A stretch of DNA of 64,000 nucleotides from a virus. Lineage: Duplodnaviria > Caudoviricetes. A program made the position numbers and the translations under genes. The stretch is taken from IMG/VR virus record IMGVR_UViG_3300011989_000010, positions 23,880 to 87,879 of that record; one strand, written 5' to 3'. Of this stretch, positions 9,538 to 18,839 are shown piece after piece (positions within the stretch are counted from its first letter, which is position 1; each line of letters opens with the position of its first letter). The notes beneath the pieces were generated by a model that saw only the letters and a list, made by a program, of their open reading frames with translations, ran no database searches and was not told the DNA's origin.

Positions 9538-9566
9538 TCTATTGATTACTAATAAGTTATATAATG

Positions 9567-9601
9567 AAAAGAGTTCTCATTTTTGGGAACTCTTTTTTTT
9601 T
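9567..9601 (+). terminator. Terminator after the capsid gene
   Basis: AAAAGAGTTCTC-attttt-GGGAACTCTTTT followed by a long T run. Confidence 0.85.
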
Positions 9602-9631
9602 TATCTTTTCCAATAAATAAAACCTTTTAAA

Positions 9632-9663
9632 TTTGCTTTTAATAAAAATTTATTATATATTTG
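9632..9663 (+). promoter_or_regulatory. Bacteroidota primary-sigma promoter
   Basis: TTTG (9632-9635), 20-nt spacer, TATATTTG (9656-9663), matching the -33/-7 consensus TTTG...TAnnTTTG. Confidence 0.8.
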
Positions 9664-9689
9664 CAATATGAAAAATAAATTAAAATTTT

Positions 9690-11399
9690 ATGGGAAAGAA
9701 AGTAACAATAAATGAAAATGACATAATTAATGATTACAAATCATCAGTTATAAGTGTTGACTCCTTAGCTAAAAAATATCATGTTGGCAAAATAAGAATC
9801 AGGAAAATACTATCTGATAATAATGTTGAAAGGAGGAAACGTGGAGGACAGGAAAAAGGTTTTAATTTTAAACCTGATGATTGGAAAATTGAAAAGTATC
9901 CAAAAATAAACGGAAAACACTACATTGCTTATTCCAAAGATGGAAAATATTATACAAATGATTATATGAATCAGGCAGGTAAGCTTACTTCATACATTAA
10001 AACATTGGGTATTGAAATTCCGACATTGTATGATAGAAGAAAATATTATATGATGAATGGAAATTATTGGTGGGAGCAGTGGTTTGATATTAAGTTAATT
10101 GACGATAAACCTGTTAAAAAATGTCCATATTGTGATTGGGAAACAACTGATATTGAGAACAAAAGTGGAATGTTTATGCAGCATTTAATAAAAGAGCATA
10201 AACTAACCATTGAAGAATATCTTAAAAAACACCCTGAAGATAATGATTATTTTCAAAAACAAGCTAAAATTATAGCTAAAAATAAACTATTAATTGATGA
10301 TGGGAATTATGTCAAATGCCCCATTTGTGGTAAAAAAATGATGAGAATGACTTATTGGCATATTAAAAATCATGGACTTACCATAACTGAATTTAAATAT
10401 AAATTTCCTGATTTTAAAATGGAATCAGAATTAATGGAGGAAAAAGATAGGGAAAACCAAAAATTAAGCAATTTAGCTGAGCGAAAAACAGAAACCGTAT
10501 CACTTGCTGAAAAAGAAATATCAGATTTTTTAGAAAAAAATAAAATTAATATTGTTAAGAATGACAGAAAAATATTAGATGGGAAAGAAATTGACATTTT
10601 AATTCCTGACTATAACATTGGTATTGAGTATGATGGGCTAAGATATCATTGCGAGGGGGTATCTAACAAAACCTCTGATAGTCATTTGTTTAAGACAAAA
10701 AAAGCCGCCGAAAAAGGAATCAATTTAATACACATTTTTGAAGATGAATATCAAATTCATAAAGAATTAGTTTTTGATAAAATTAAGCAAATATTGCATT
10801 TAAATAATAATATTAAAATAGGTGCAAGAAAATGCAAAATAAAAGAAATTAATTCAGATGCAGCTAAAGATTTTTTAAATGCTTTCCATTTACAGGGGTT
10901 TGCCAACTCATCAGTTTATATAGGTGCTTTTTATAACAATGAACTTATTGGTGTAATGACTTTTAAAAAGAATGGCTTGGACAAAACTGAACAGTGGGAA
11001 TTGAATAGATTTGCTACCAATTTTAAATATAATTGTCAAGGACTTGGTAGTAAATTATTTAAATATTTCATTAATTTAAAAAATCCATATACTGTATCAA
11101 GTTTTGCTGATAGAAGATGGACTCTTAACCCATTTAATAATTTATATATAAATTTAGGCTTTAAATTCAGTGGCTTTACAAGACCAAGTTATACATATTT
11201 TAAATTAAAATGGGGTAAAGGCGAAGATAGATATAAAAGATTTCATAAGATGGATTTCAGAAAGCATATACTTCTTAAAAAGCATTCTGAATTATCTTCT
11301 GATATGACTGAATATGAAATGGCTAAAACATTAGGCTATGGCAGAATATGGGATTGTGGTATGCTAAAATATGTTTGGTATAATGAAAACATAAATTAA
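9690..11399 (+). CDS. Free-standing endonuclease-like protein: HTH, zinc fingers, PD-(D/E)XK-type domain and a C-terminal GNAT-like domain
   Basis: CPYC...H...H and CPICGK...H zinc fingers. EIDILIPDYNIGIEYDGLRYH nuclease motif. C-terminal ELIGVMTF...WELNRF...SFADRRW...WDCG. Own promoter and terminator, lower GC than the capsid gene. Confidence 0.75.
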   Translation: MGKKVTINENDIINDYKSSVISVDSLAKKYHVGKIRIRKILSDNNVERRKRGGQEKGFNFKPDDWKIEKYPKINGKHYIAYSKDGKYYTNDYMNQAGKLTSYIKTLGIEIPTLYDRRKYYMMNGNYWWEQWFDIKLIDDKPVKKCPYCDWETTDIENKSGMFMQHLIKEHKLTIEEYLKKHPEDNDYFQKQAKIIAKNKLLIDDGNYVKCPICGKKMMRMTYWHIKNHGLTITEFKYKFPDFKMESELMEEKDRENQKLSNLAERKTETVSLAEKEISDFLEKNKINIVKNDRKILDGKEIDILIPDYNIGIEYDGLRYHCEGVSNKTSDSHLFKTKKAAEKGINLIHIFEDEYQIHKELVFDKIKQILHLNNNIKIGARKCKIKEINSDAAKDFLNAFHLQGFANSSVYIGAFYNNELIGVMTFKKNGLDKTEQWELNRFATNFKYNCQGLGSKLFKYFINLKNPYTVSSFADRRWTLNPFNNLYINLGFKFSGFTRPSYTYFKLKWGKGEDRYKRFHKMDFRKHILLKKHSELSSDMTEYEMAKTLGYGRIWDCGMLKYVWYNENIN

Positions 11400-11404
11400 A
11401 GCTG

Positions 11405-11437
11405 AATGGAGGTTCTTAATTGAATCTCCATTTTTTT
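11405..11437 (+). terminator. Terminator after the endonuclease gene
   Basis: AATGGAG...CTCCATT followed by a T run. Confidence 0.7.
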
Positions 11438-11515
11438 ATTTTTATATATTTAATATTTATCATCCTTAAAAACTATTTATATAAAAATAAGCATATTAAT
11501 AAATTATAATAAATT

Positions 11516-11788
11516 ATGTCCAAACTTTTTGACCCATTGGCATCTTATGTAACAATGCCTTCAAGTGCAGAAAGCACTAACTATATAAATGGTGATTTTG
11601 CACCTGACCATAAAGGAGATTACAGAAAAGGTATTGCAGTAACTTCTGAAGAAATAACAGGTGATTTGTCAGATGACAATTTACCTTTTGCCTTAAGAAC
11701 TGAATTTAAAGAAGAAACAAAGGCTTCTGATACAAATAAAGATGCTGCAAGTGCAAAAACTGATGATTCTTCTGATTCAAATAAATAA
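11516..11788 (+). CDS. Hypothetical protein
   Basis: 90-aa ORF with TATTTAT at 11474-11480. Confidence 0.65.
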   Translation: MSKLFDPLASYVTMPSSAESTNYINGDFAPDHKGDYRKGIAVTSEEITGDLSDDNLPFALRTEFKEETKASDTNKDAASAKTDDSSDSNK

Positions 11789-11816
11789 TTTAGCAAGGGA
11801 ATAAAAATTAAATAAA

Positions 11817-12059
11817 ATGAATGATTTAAAGCTTAATAAGCAGAATAAGGGTAATTATGTATCTGCAACAACACTTGACAATTACTATACTAAAGAACAG
11901 ACAAGTGCTGCAACTGCAATACAAGAGGCTTTAAATTGTAAACAGGATACAGGTAATTATGCATTAAAATCTGATTTGATTAGTGGATATAGTGAGGATG
12001 ATTTAGTCGGCTTAATTAAAAAATTAGATGAAAAAATTACAAAATTAGAGAATAAATAA
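11817..12059 (+). CDS. Small fibre-like hypothetical protein
   Basis: 80 aa. LDNYYTKEQT motif resembles the YYKKEETS repeat of the next gene. Coiled-coil end. Confidence 0.6.
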   Translation: MNDLKLNKQNKGNYVSATTLDNYYTKEQTSAATAIQEALNCKQDTGNYALKSDLISGYSEDDLVGLIKKLDEKITKLENK

Positions 12060-12061
12060 AT

Positions 12062-14992
12062 ATGACAAAAATTAGACATTTAGAGCCTTATGGCTTTAAT
12101 GAGCAACCACAATTTAATGGTCTTGCAAATACTGTTAAGGCTAATATTGAAAATATTAAGGAAAAGAATCAGGAGCAAGACAAAAAAGATGAATCACAGG
12201 ATGAAAATATCAAACAAGCCATTGATAAATCTGTAGTTTCACTTGAAATGCTAAGTACCCCAACAGAAGGAAGCAACAGAACATATGCAGTTAAACAGGG
12301 TGGAAATGAAATTGGAAAGATAGAGATTCCATTCAGTAGCCTTGTTAAGTCAACAACTTATGATGCAGAAAAAAATCTTCTTATATTCACAATTGACCAT
12401 GACAAGGAGATAAAAGTTAACTTGACAGACCTAATTGAAGATGCTGACTTGGTGCAAAGGAGAATATTTGATGACTTCAAAAATGAAGTTAATTCATTTA
12501 GCTCTAATACAACTGATTCAATATCTGAACTTGTACAAAAATTAGGAAGTGGATTTACAGGCGCAAATACTGTTACATCTGTTATTGAGAGAAACGAAAA
12601 AGTAGTTTCTTCATCACTCAATGACTTGAATGATAGAAAACTTGACGCATCTGCATATACACCTACAGACTTGTCAGATTATTATAAGAAAGAAGAAACA
12701 AGTGGCAAGACGGATTTAGATACTGCATTTAATTCAAAAGCTAATAAGACTGACTTAGACACCCATATTAGTGATAAGATAAAGCATATTACTGCTGATG
12801 AAAGAACTAAGTGGGATAACGCTACGGATACATTGGCAACCCATACAGGAGATTCTACTATTCATATTAGTGCCGATGAAAGAACTAAGTGGGATAACGC
12901 TACGGATACATTGGCAACACATACAGGCGATTCTGCAATCCATATCACTTCAGATGAAAGAACTAAGTGGGATGGAAAGATTTCAAACGCACAGTATAAT
13001 AGTAGTGACAAAAAGATATACTTCTATAGTGGGGCAACTACAGAAAGCCCAGTAGCAAATATTGATGCTACAGATTTTATTAAGGACGGAATGGTATCTA
13101 ATGTGGAAATAAAGGATGTTGAAAACAGTGGTTCTTGTCTTGTTATAACATTTAACGCGGACGCTGGAAAGCAAGATATTAATATTCCTATTTCCACAAT
13201 ATTTAATCCCACAAACTATTATTTGAAGACTGAAACAAGTGGTAGTACTGAGCTAAATACAGCATTTGGCTTAAAGGCTAATCAATCTGATTTCACTGCC
13301 CATACAGGAAATAACGGCATACATATTACTGCCGATGAAAGAAGTAAGTGGAATAATGCAGCAGCAAGCAGTCATACACACACAAATAAGGCTATATTAG
13401 ACACGATAACAACTATTGATACTGAGCTTAATGAAAATTCAAAGAACTTAGTGGAAAATTCTGCCATAACAAAGGTAATACTAGAAAATGAAAAAATAGT
13501 TTCAGCATCACTTAATGATTTAAATGACAGAAAACTTGATGCATCTGCATATACTAAAACAGACTTGTCAGATTACTACAAGAAAGAGGAAACAAGTGGA
13601 AAGACGGATTTAGATGCTGCATTTAATAAAAAGGCTAATTCTACTGACTTGGCTACAAAGGCTAACCAATCTGACTTTACTGCCCATATTAGTGATAATA
13701 TCAAGCATATTACTTCAGATGAAAGAACTAACTGGAATAATGCTGCCACAAATAGCCATACACACGCAAATAAAGACGTATTGGACAAGATAACAACAAT
13801 TGATAGTGAACTTAGTGACGCATCAAACAATTTGGTTGTAAATTCTGCCATCACAAAGGTAATAGTAGATAATGAGAAAGTAGTTTCAGCAGCTCTTAAT
13901 GACTTGAATGATAGAAAACTTGACTCATCTGCATATACGCCTACGGACTTGTCAGATTACTACAAAAAGGAAGAAACAAGCGCTAAAACTGAATTGACAA
14001 CGGCATTTAATTTAAAGGCTAATTCTGCTGACTTAACTGCTCATACGGGCAATTCTGCAATCCATATTACTTCAGATGAAAGAACTAAATGGAATGGAAA
14101 ACTTTCAAATGCTCAATACAGTAAAGCTGATAAGAAGATATACTTCTATAGTGGATCAACTACAGAAACACCAGTATTAAACATTGATGCTACGGATTTT
14201 ATTAAGGATGGAATGGTATCAAAAGTAGAAATAAAGGATGTTGAAAACAGTGGTTCTTGCCTTGTAATAACATTTAATGCAGATGCTGGCAGTCAGGTTA
14301 TAACAATTCCTGTGTCTAAAATATTCGATTCTGGAAAGTATTATTTGAAGACTGAAACAAGTGGGAAGACAGAAATATCTGGCGCACTTGCGCTAAAGGC
14401 TGATACGTCTGCATTAACTGCCCATACTGGAAATAACGACATACATATTACTACCGCTGAAAGAACAAAGTGGAATAATGCTGACGCAAATAGCCATACA
14501 CACGCAAATAAAGACGTATTAGACAAGATAACGGCTATTGACACAGAACTTAGTAAAACATCAAACAATTTGGTTGTAAATTCCGCTATCACAAAGGTAA
14601 TACTAGAAAATGAAAAAATAGTTTCAGCATCACTTAATGATTTAAATGACAGAAAGCTTGATGCTTCAGCATATACTAAAACAGACTTGTCAGATTACTA
14701 CAAGAAGGAAGAAACAAGTGGCAAGTCAGAAATAGATACAGCATTAGCAGCAAAGTCTAATACAGGGCATAAGCATCAATCTAGTGATATAAGTGATATC
14801 GTTACTGGAATTACAGCTTCAAATAGTGGTTCAACAAGTGTACCAACAGTGAACGCAGTTATGCAGTTAATTAATGCTAAGTTAGATATAAATTACACTG
14901 GATTCACAGGTACTACACTTACAGGAGTTACAACTATTGTTGAGGCAATTCAAAAAATTGCTGACAAGTTAGATAAACTTCCAAATAGCTAA
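12062..14992 (+). CDS. Tail fibre-like protein with internal repeats
   Basis: 976 aa with repeated HITxDERTKWxN, SLNDLNDRKLDASAYTxTDLSDYYKKEETS (4 copies) and IDATDFIKDGMVS...LVITFNADAG (2 copies). Confidence 0.75.
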   Translation: MTKIRHLEPYGFNEQPQFNGLANTVKANIENIKEKNQEQDKKDESQDENIKQAIDKSVVSLEMLSTPTEGSNRTYAVKQGGNEIGKIEIPFSSLVKSTTYDAEKNLLIFTIDHDKEIKVNLTDLIEDADLVQRRIFDDFKNEVNSFSSNTTDSISELVQKLGSGFTGANTVTSVIERNEKVVSSSLNDLNDRKLDASAYTPTDLSDYYKKEETSGKTDLDTAFNSKANKTDLDTHISDKIKHITADERTKWDNATDTLATHTGDSTIHISADERTKWDNATDTLATHTGDSAIHITSDERTKWDGKISNAQYNSSDKKIYFYSGATTESPVANIDATDFIKDGMVSNVEIKDVENSGSCLVITFNADAGKQDINIPISTIFNPTNYYLKTETSGSTELNTAFGLKANQSDFTAHTGNNGIHITADERSKWNNAAASSHTHTNKAILDTITTIDTELNENSKNLVENSAITKVILENEKIVSASLNDLNDRKLDASAYTKTDLSDYYKKEETSGKTDLDAAFNKKANSTDLATKANQSDFTAHISDNIKHITSDERTNWNNAATNSHTHANKDVLDKITTIDSELSDASNNLVVNSAITKVIVDNEKVVSAALNDLNDRKLDSSAYTPTDLSDYYKKEETSAKTELTTAFNLKANSADLTAHTGNSAIHITSDERTKWNGKLSNAQYSKADKKIYFYSGSTTETPVLNIDATDFIKDGMVSKVEIKDVENSGSCLVITFNADAGSQVITIPVSKIFDSGKYYLKTETSGKTEISGALALKADTSALTAHTGNNDIHITTAERTKWNNADANSHTHANKDVLDKITAIDTELSKTSNNLVVNSAITKVILENEKIVSASLNDLNDRKLDASAYTKTDLSDYYKKEETSGKSEIDTALAAKSNTGHKHQSSDISDIVTGITASNSGSTSVPTVNAVMQLINAKLDINYTGFTGTTLTGVTTIVEAIQKIADKLDKLPNS
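12590..14760 (+). repeat. Modular coding repeats in the fibre gene
   Basis: For example, 44 identical nt at 12797-12840 and 12875-12918 (78-nt period), and four copies of the RKLDASAY...KEETS block. Confidence 0.9.
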
Positions 14993-15017
14993 CAAATAAT
15001 ATAATATTAAAAAAATG

Positions 15018-15063
15018 AAAACGTATGAATGCCAAATAGCAAAGGCAATCATACGTTTTTTTT
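15018..15063. terminator. Hairpin between convergent genes (bidirectional terminator, possibly also a DGR cis hairpin)
   Basis: AAAACGTATGA (15018-15028) pairs with TCATACGTTTT (15049-15059), with A and T runs on either side. Confidence 0.7.
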
Positions 15064-15100
15064 TGTATTAATTAAAAATAAATAAAAAGATAAATAAATC

Positions 15101-15832
15101 CTAACCAAGCACGCCACGCACGGAGAACCCGTAGTAACGGTAGTTGTAGTAAAGGTCGACAAAGCTTGAACGGAAGCCGAGGTACTGCCCGTAATAGACA
15201 TTGCCCGTACTCAGCATAGAGGACCAAACGACACCGCTGCTACCACTATAGGCAAGTGAACCACTCGAAGCGTAACCTGCAGCAGGAATAAAGATAGATT
15301 TTGAAGTATCAGTCTTTGAAGTAAACAATCTACCATTTACTCCATCCAGTTTCGTCCACGTGCTTGTAGTGCCATTAAGAAGCTCCTGAATTTGTGTAGG
15401 TGTAGGCATTTTCCAAGTACCTCCCATATTAACGTATGCAGCATCGTCCTCTAATTCTAATCTTGCACCAGTGGTTTTGTACTTGCTAAAGTTTGAAGAA
15501 CTTCCATCAATGCTCCATTTGTAATTATCCCAGTCGAACTGTTTATCCTTTCCTACTTGTTCAGCTGTGTAACCAGTTGTGTCTCCCCATTGGAAGTAAA
15601 GACCTGTATCACTTGGCTTAGATGCCCCCACATTCATTGTAGCCCAAAGTGTTCCACTTGTAAGCCCTAAATCTACATAATCGTGCCCATTAGCTTTTGG
15701 TTTTGGTGGGTAGTTATAGTATACGCTCTCCTTGTCGTCACTAAACGACACATTCGGCTTCAAGTATTTACTCTTGTCATCTCTATATGCCAAATAGTTC
15801 GTTTCAGTGTCAAATAATTTTAAATATTCCAT
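15101..15832 (-). CDS. C-type-lectin-fold (DUF1566/Fib_succ_major-like) protein, probable DGR target
   Basis: GHDYVDLGLTSGTLWATMNVGA...GLYFQWGD...W(K)MPT...FIPAAG...WSS...YRYYGFSVRGVLG, the usual architecture of Bacteroidota DGR targets. Confidence 0.85.
   Translation of the reverse strand: MEYLKLFDTETNYLAYRDDKSKYLKPNVSFSDDKESVYYNYPPKPKANGHDYVDLGLTSGTLWATMNVGASKPSDTGLYFQWGDTTGYTAEQVGKDKQFDWDNYKWSIDGSSSNFSKYKTTGARLELEDDAAYVNMGGTWKMPTPTQIQELLNGTTSTWTKLDGVNGRLFTSKTDTSKSIFIPAAGYASSGSLAYSGSSGVVWSSMLSTGNVYYGQYLGFRSSFVDLYYNYRYYGFSVRGVLG
15110..15274 (-). other. Putative DGR variable region (VR)
   Basis: The last ~55 codons are about 53% GC by hand count in an AT-rich genome and rich in NNC/NNT codons (TAC, AGC, GGC, GTC, GAC) where a template would carry AAC/AAT. 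Confidence 0.75.
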
Positions 15833-15917
15833 ATATTAAATTAATTTTTTAATTATATATAAATATCAAAATTTGATGAAACATTGGATAACTTTTGTTT
15901 TTAAAAAACTACGTTCA

Positions 15918-16631
15918 CTAATTAATATTATTCCACTTATCAAAGATAGCTTTATCCTTGAGTTCTACTATTTTCTTAATTTGAAGCCAATTATTTTTAT
16001 TTATATCATCTCTGCTTCCTGTATGCCTCCTATATTTGAACAGAATCTTGTCTTCCCTAAACACCTTTGGCTTTCTATCAAGTAAACGTATAAAGAACTC
16101 CCAATCTTCATATGCTTTAAGGTGTTCATCAAATCCTCCTACTTCATCAAAATCTTTCTTCCTTATCATTGACGTGCAATATATGCAGTTTGCCATAAGG
16201 AAGTCTTTCATATCCTTGAACTTTCTTAATCCCCATAGATTTTCTGTTCCATTATCCCAAAACATGATAGCCATTCCATAGAATAAAGCATAATCATTAT
16301 TGTTATCCAAGAAATTAACACCATCAAGCAAATAATCTTCAAGTATAATATCATCGGCATCCAAGAAAAGAAGATATTTACCTGTTGCAACACTTGCCGC
16401 ATAATTTCTTGCCTTTCCTGGTCCTCCGTTTTCTTCTGTAAGATATTTGAACTTGTCATTTCCTTTAATCTTTTCAAGTACAATCTTTTCACTATTGTCA
16501 GTTGAACCATCATTGACAATTATACATTCCCAATTTTTATACTTTTGATTAATAACACTGTCTAATGTTTCACTTATGTATTTTTCCGCATTATATAATG
16601 GAATTAAAATGCTAACCTTTGAATCATTCAT
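15918..16631 (-). CDS. Glycosyltransferase family 2
   Basis: VSILIPLYNAEKYISETLDSV...IIVNDGSTD...LFLDADD...EDWEF. Likely start MNDSK at 16631. Confidence 0.92.
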   Translation of the reverse strand: MNDSKVSILIPLYNAEKYISETLDSVINQKYKNWECIIVNDGSTDNSEKIVLEKIKGNDKFKYLTEENGGPGKARNYAASVATGKYLLFLDADDIILEDYLLDGVNFLDNNNDYALFYGMAIMFWDNGTENLWGLRKFKDMKDFLMANCIYCTSMIRKKDFDEVGGFDEHLKAYEDWEFFIRLLDRKPKVFREDKILFKYRRHTGSRDDINKNNWLQIKKIVELKDKAIFDKWNNIN

Positions 16632-16793
16632 ATTTTTTATTTTTATATAAAAAATATTCAAAATACTTGTTATTTAAATAAAAAATGCAGCCATTTCTGA
16701 CTGCATTATAAATAATTAAATTAAAAAAAAAGGTAAATAAATAAATCCTTCAATAAATATATCAAGTTGTACTTAATTAAATACAAATATAGG

Positions 16794-17542
16794 TTAGCCA
16801 ATTACACCACGAATAGAACAGCCAAGACAGCGGCCTACGTCACTTGCCAAAGATTCCGATCTGTTACAATAAAGAACTAAACCCCTATTATCATTACGGC
16901 TACTTAGCATAGATGAAAAAATTATTCCTAATTTTGAAATTTTTATAACCGAACCTTCAGAAGCCTGACCTGCCATAGGAATGAATATAAACTTTGACGT
17001 ATCCTTTTTGGAAGTGAATGCTATACCGCTTACTCCATCAGATGTTGTCAAAGCAGTTGTGGTATTGTCAATAAGTTCTTGACATTGGCCAGAAGTTGGC
17101 ATATGCCAATCTCCACCCATATTTACGTGAGCCGCATCATCTTCCAATTCCAACGTTGTTAGACCATTAAATTTATACTTTCTAAAGTAATTATCTAGAG
17201 TAGGCTGACCCCACTTATAATCTCTATAATTATCAGCAAACTTCTTTTGTCCTTCACCTGTTCCAACTTGTTCGGCTGTGTATCCAGAAGTATCTCCCCA
17301 TTGGAAGTATAATCCATAATCTTCTGGCTTTGAAGCACCCACGTTCATTGTTGCCCAAAGCGTTCCACTTGGAAGTCCTAAATCTACATAATCGTATCCA
17401 TTATTATTTATTGGGGGGGGGTAAAGTTGTAGTACACGTTTCCGTTGTCATCAGAAAGTGATACATTTGGCTTCAGATAGTTACTACTATCTCTGTAAGC
17501 CACATAATCATTTTCAGTACTAAATTCTTTTAAGTAAATCAT
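16794..17542 (-). pseudogene. Paralogous C-type-lectin gene frameshifted at a poly-C tract (possible phase variation)
   Basis: The 5' part MIYLKEFSTENDY...YYNFTPPQ* and the 3' part NGYDYVDLGLPSGTLWATMNVG...SIRGVIG are in different frames. C10 (or C7) instead of C9 joins them; C10 gives a 249-aa homologue of 15101..15832. Confidence 0.85.
17413..17421 (-). repeat. G9 (sense C9) homopolymer at the frameshift point
   Basis: Plus strand reads TT-GGGGGGGGG-TAAAG. Confidence 0.9.
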
Positions 17543-17660
17543 ATCATTAAATTTTATATATAAATATTTTAAAGGTATAATAATTTGTTTATGTGGAAAT
17601 AAAAAAGGTATGATTAATGAACCACACCTTTTATGTTTTAATGAACTATCTAATTTGTTA

Positions 17661-18470
17661 TTAATCAAGTCTATCAAGAATTTTAGTGATTATAGGGTTT
17701 CTAACAATATCTTCCCTATTGAATTCAGTTACTCCGACCTCTTCCATATCAGAAAGTCTTTCAGCAACGAAAGCCAAACCACATTCTTCTCTACCTTTTA
17801 CGATTTCCCTTCTGTTTACTTGTTCGCAATCTCCTGTAATAATTATTTTTGAATTTTCACCAATACGTGTAAGGAGCAATTTCATATTATCCTTAGTATA
17901 TTGTTCAGCCTCATTTACAAGAATTAAGGCATTATCGAAAGTCTTACCTAAAATGAAGTTAATAAATTCATATCTGACATAGCCACCATTAATCAAAGCG
18001 GAAGCGGTTATTTTAGCTTCTCCATTTCCGCTAATCTTAAGAATCTTTTCTATAGTGTCTTTGTCTGCTTCCTTGTAAGGTCTTGTTTTGTCTTCCAACT
18101 CGCCCTTCAAGAAACCAAGTCCTAAGTCCGCACCTCCTGCTGGGGCTGTAGGAACAATCATAATGATTTTCTCGAAATTTTGCTCTTTTAATTCCTTTAA
18201 TGCATATGACAATGAAATAAAAGATTTACCAGTGCCTGCACTTCCAATGCCAAAGCAAACTTCCTTTGTCTTGTCCTTCAAAATATTCAAGAACTCCTTT
18301 TGCTTTTGATTTTTGCACTTAATTTCGAGTTTGTAATTTAATGTTTTGAGTTGATTCTTATACGCATCAAGATATTCTAATCCTGATGATAAAGCATCTG
18401 CTCTCATCTTTGAATCAATGAACTCCATATCGAAACCATCAATTCCTTTAAGGTGCTTTTTTCTACCCAT
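17661..18470 (-). CDS. phoH: PhoH-family ATPase
   Basis: KNQKQ, Walker A GSAGTGKS, LVNEAEQ, LLTRIGENSKIIITGD, DIVRNP. Confidence 0.93.
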   Translation of the reverse strand: MGRKKHLKGIDGFDMEFIDSKMRADALSSGLEYLDAYKNQLKTLNYKLEIKCKNQKQKEFLNILKDKTKEVCFGIGSAGTGKSFISLSYALKELKEQNFEKIIMIVPTAPAGGADLGLGFLKGELEDKTRPYKEADKDTIEKILKISGNGEAKITASALINGGYVRYEFINFILGKTFDNALILVNEAEQYTKDNMKLLLTRIGENSKIIITGDCEQVNRREIVKGREECGLAFVAERLSDMEEVGVTEFNREDIVRNPIITKILDRLD

Positions 18471-18642
18471 AAATTTTTTTGTTTATAAAATCTTATTATA
18501 AAATGAAAAGGGCGGAAAATAGTTAAATATCTCACGCCCATACATTATATATAATTTAGATAGTCCATAAGTAAAAATCCTTTCAACTTTTCTATAAATA
18601 TTCTGCCAAATATAAAAAGCAATGAAAAAAATAAATAAACCA

Positions 18643-18804
18643 TTAACATATTTTAATAAAAAAGATTTTGCGGTCTAATAATAAAATAGTATCATTGGGG
18701 GTGTTGAGACGAACGAAAGTTTGCTCAATGGAAAAAAAAAAATAAATCGTTAATATCTTTTAACAAAAAAGATTCTGAGGTTTAATAATAAAGTAGTATC
18801 TTTC
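18643..18804 (+). promoter_or_regulatory. Tandem duplicated promoter module (two ~50-nt copies, host-sigma-like)
   Basis: TTAACATATTTTAATAAAAAAGATTTTGCGGTCTAATAATAAAATAGTATC at 18643 and TTAATATCTTTTAACAAAAAAGATTCTGAGGTTTAATAATAAAGTAGTATC at 18750. Each has a near-consensus -33 box, a 19-nt spacer and a near-consensus -7 box. Confidence 0.7.
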
Positions 18805-18839
18805 GAACGTTAAACAAAAAATAAGTAATTCTAAATAAT

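Noticed and set aside
16794-16990. 3' end of the second lectin paralogue as the DGR template repeat
   Set aside because: It differs from the VR at many non-adenine positions and lacks AAC-rich codons, so it is a diverged paralogue rather than a template.
18498-18545. GGGCG...CGCCC hairpin upstream of phoH as a riboswitch
   Set aside because: Only a simple stem with a T run on the minus strand. No recognisable aptamer motif, so it is more likely a terminator.
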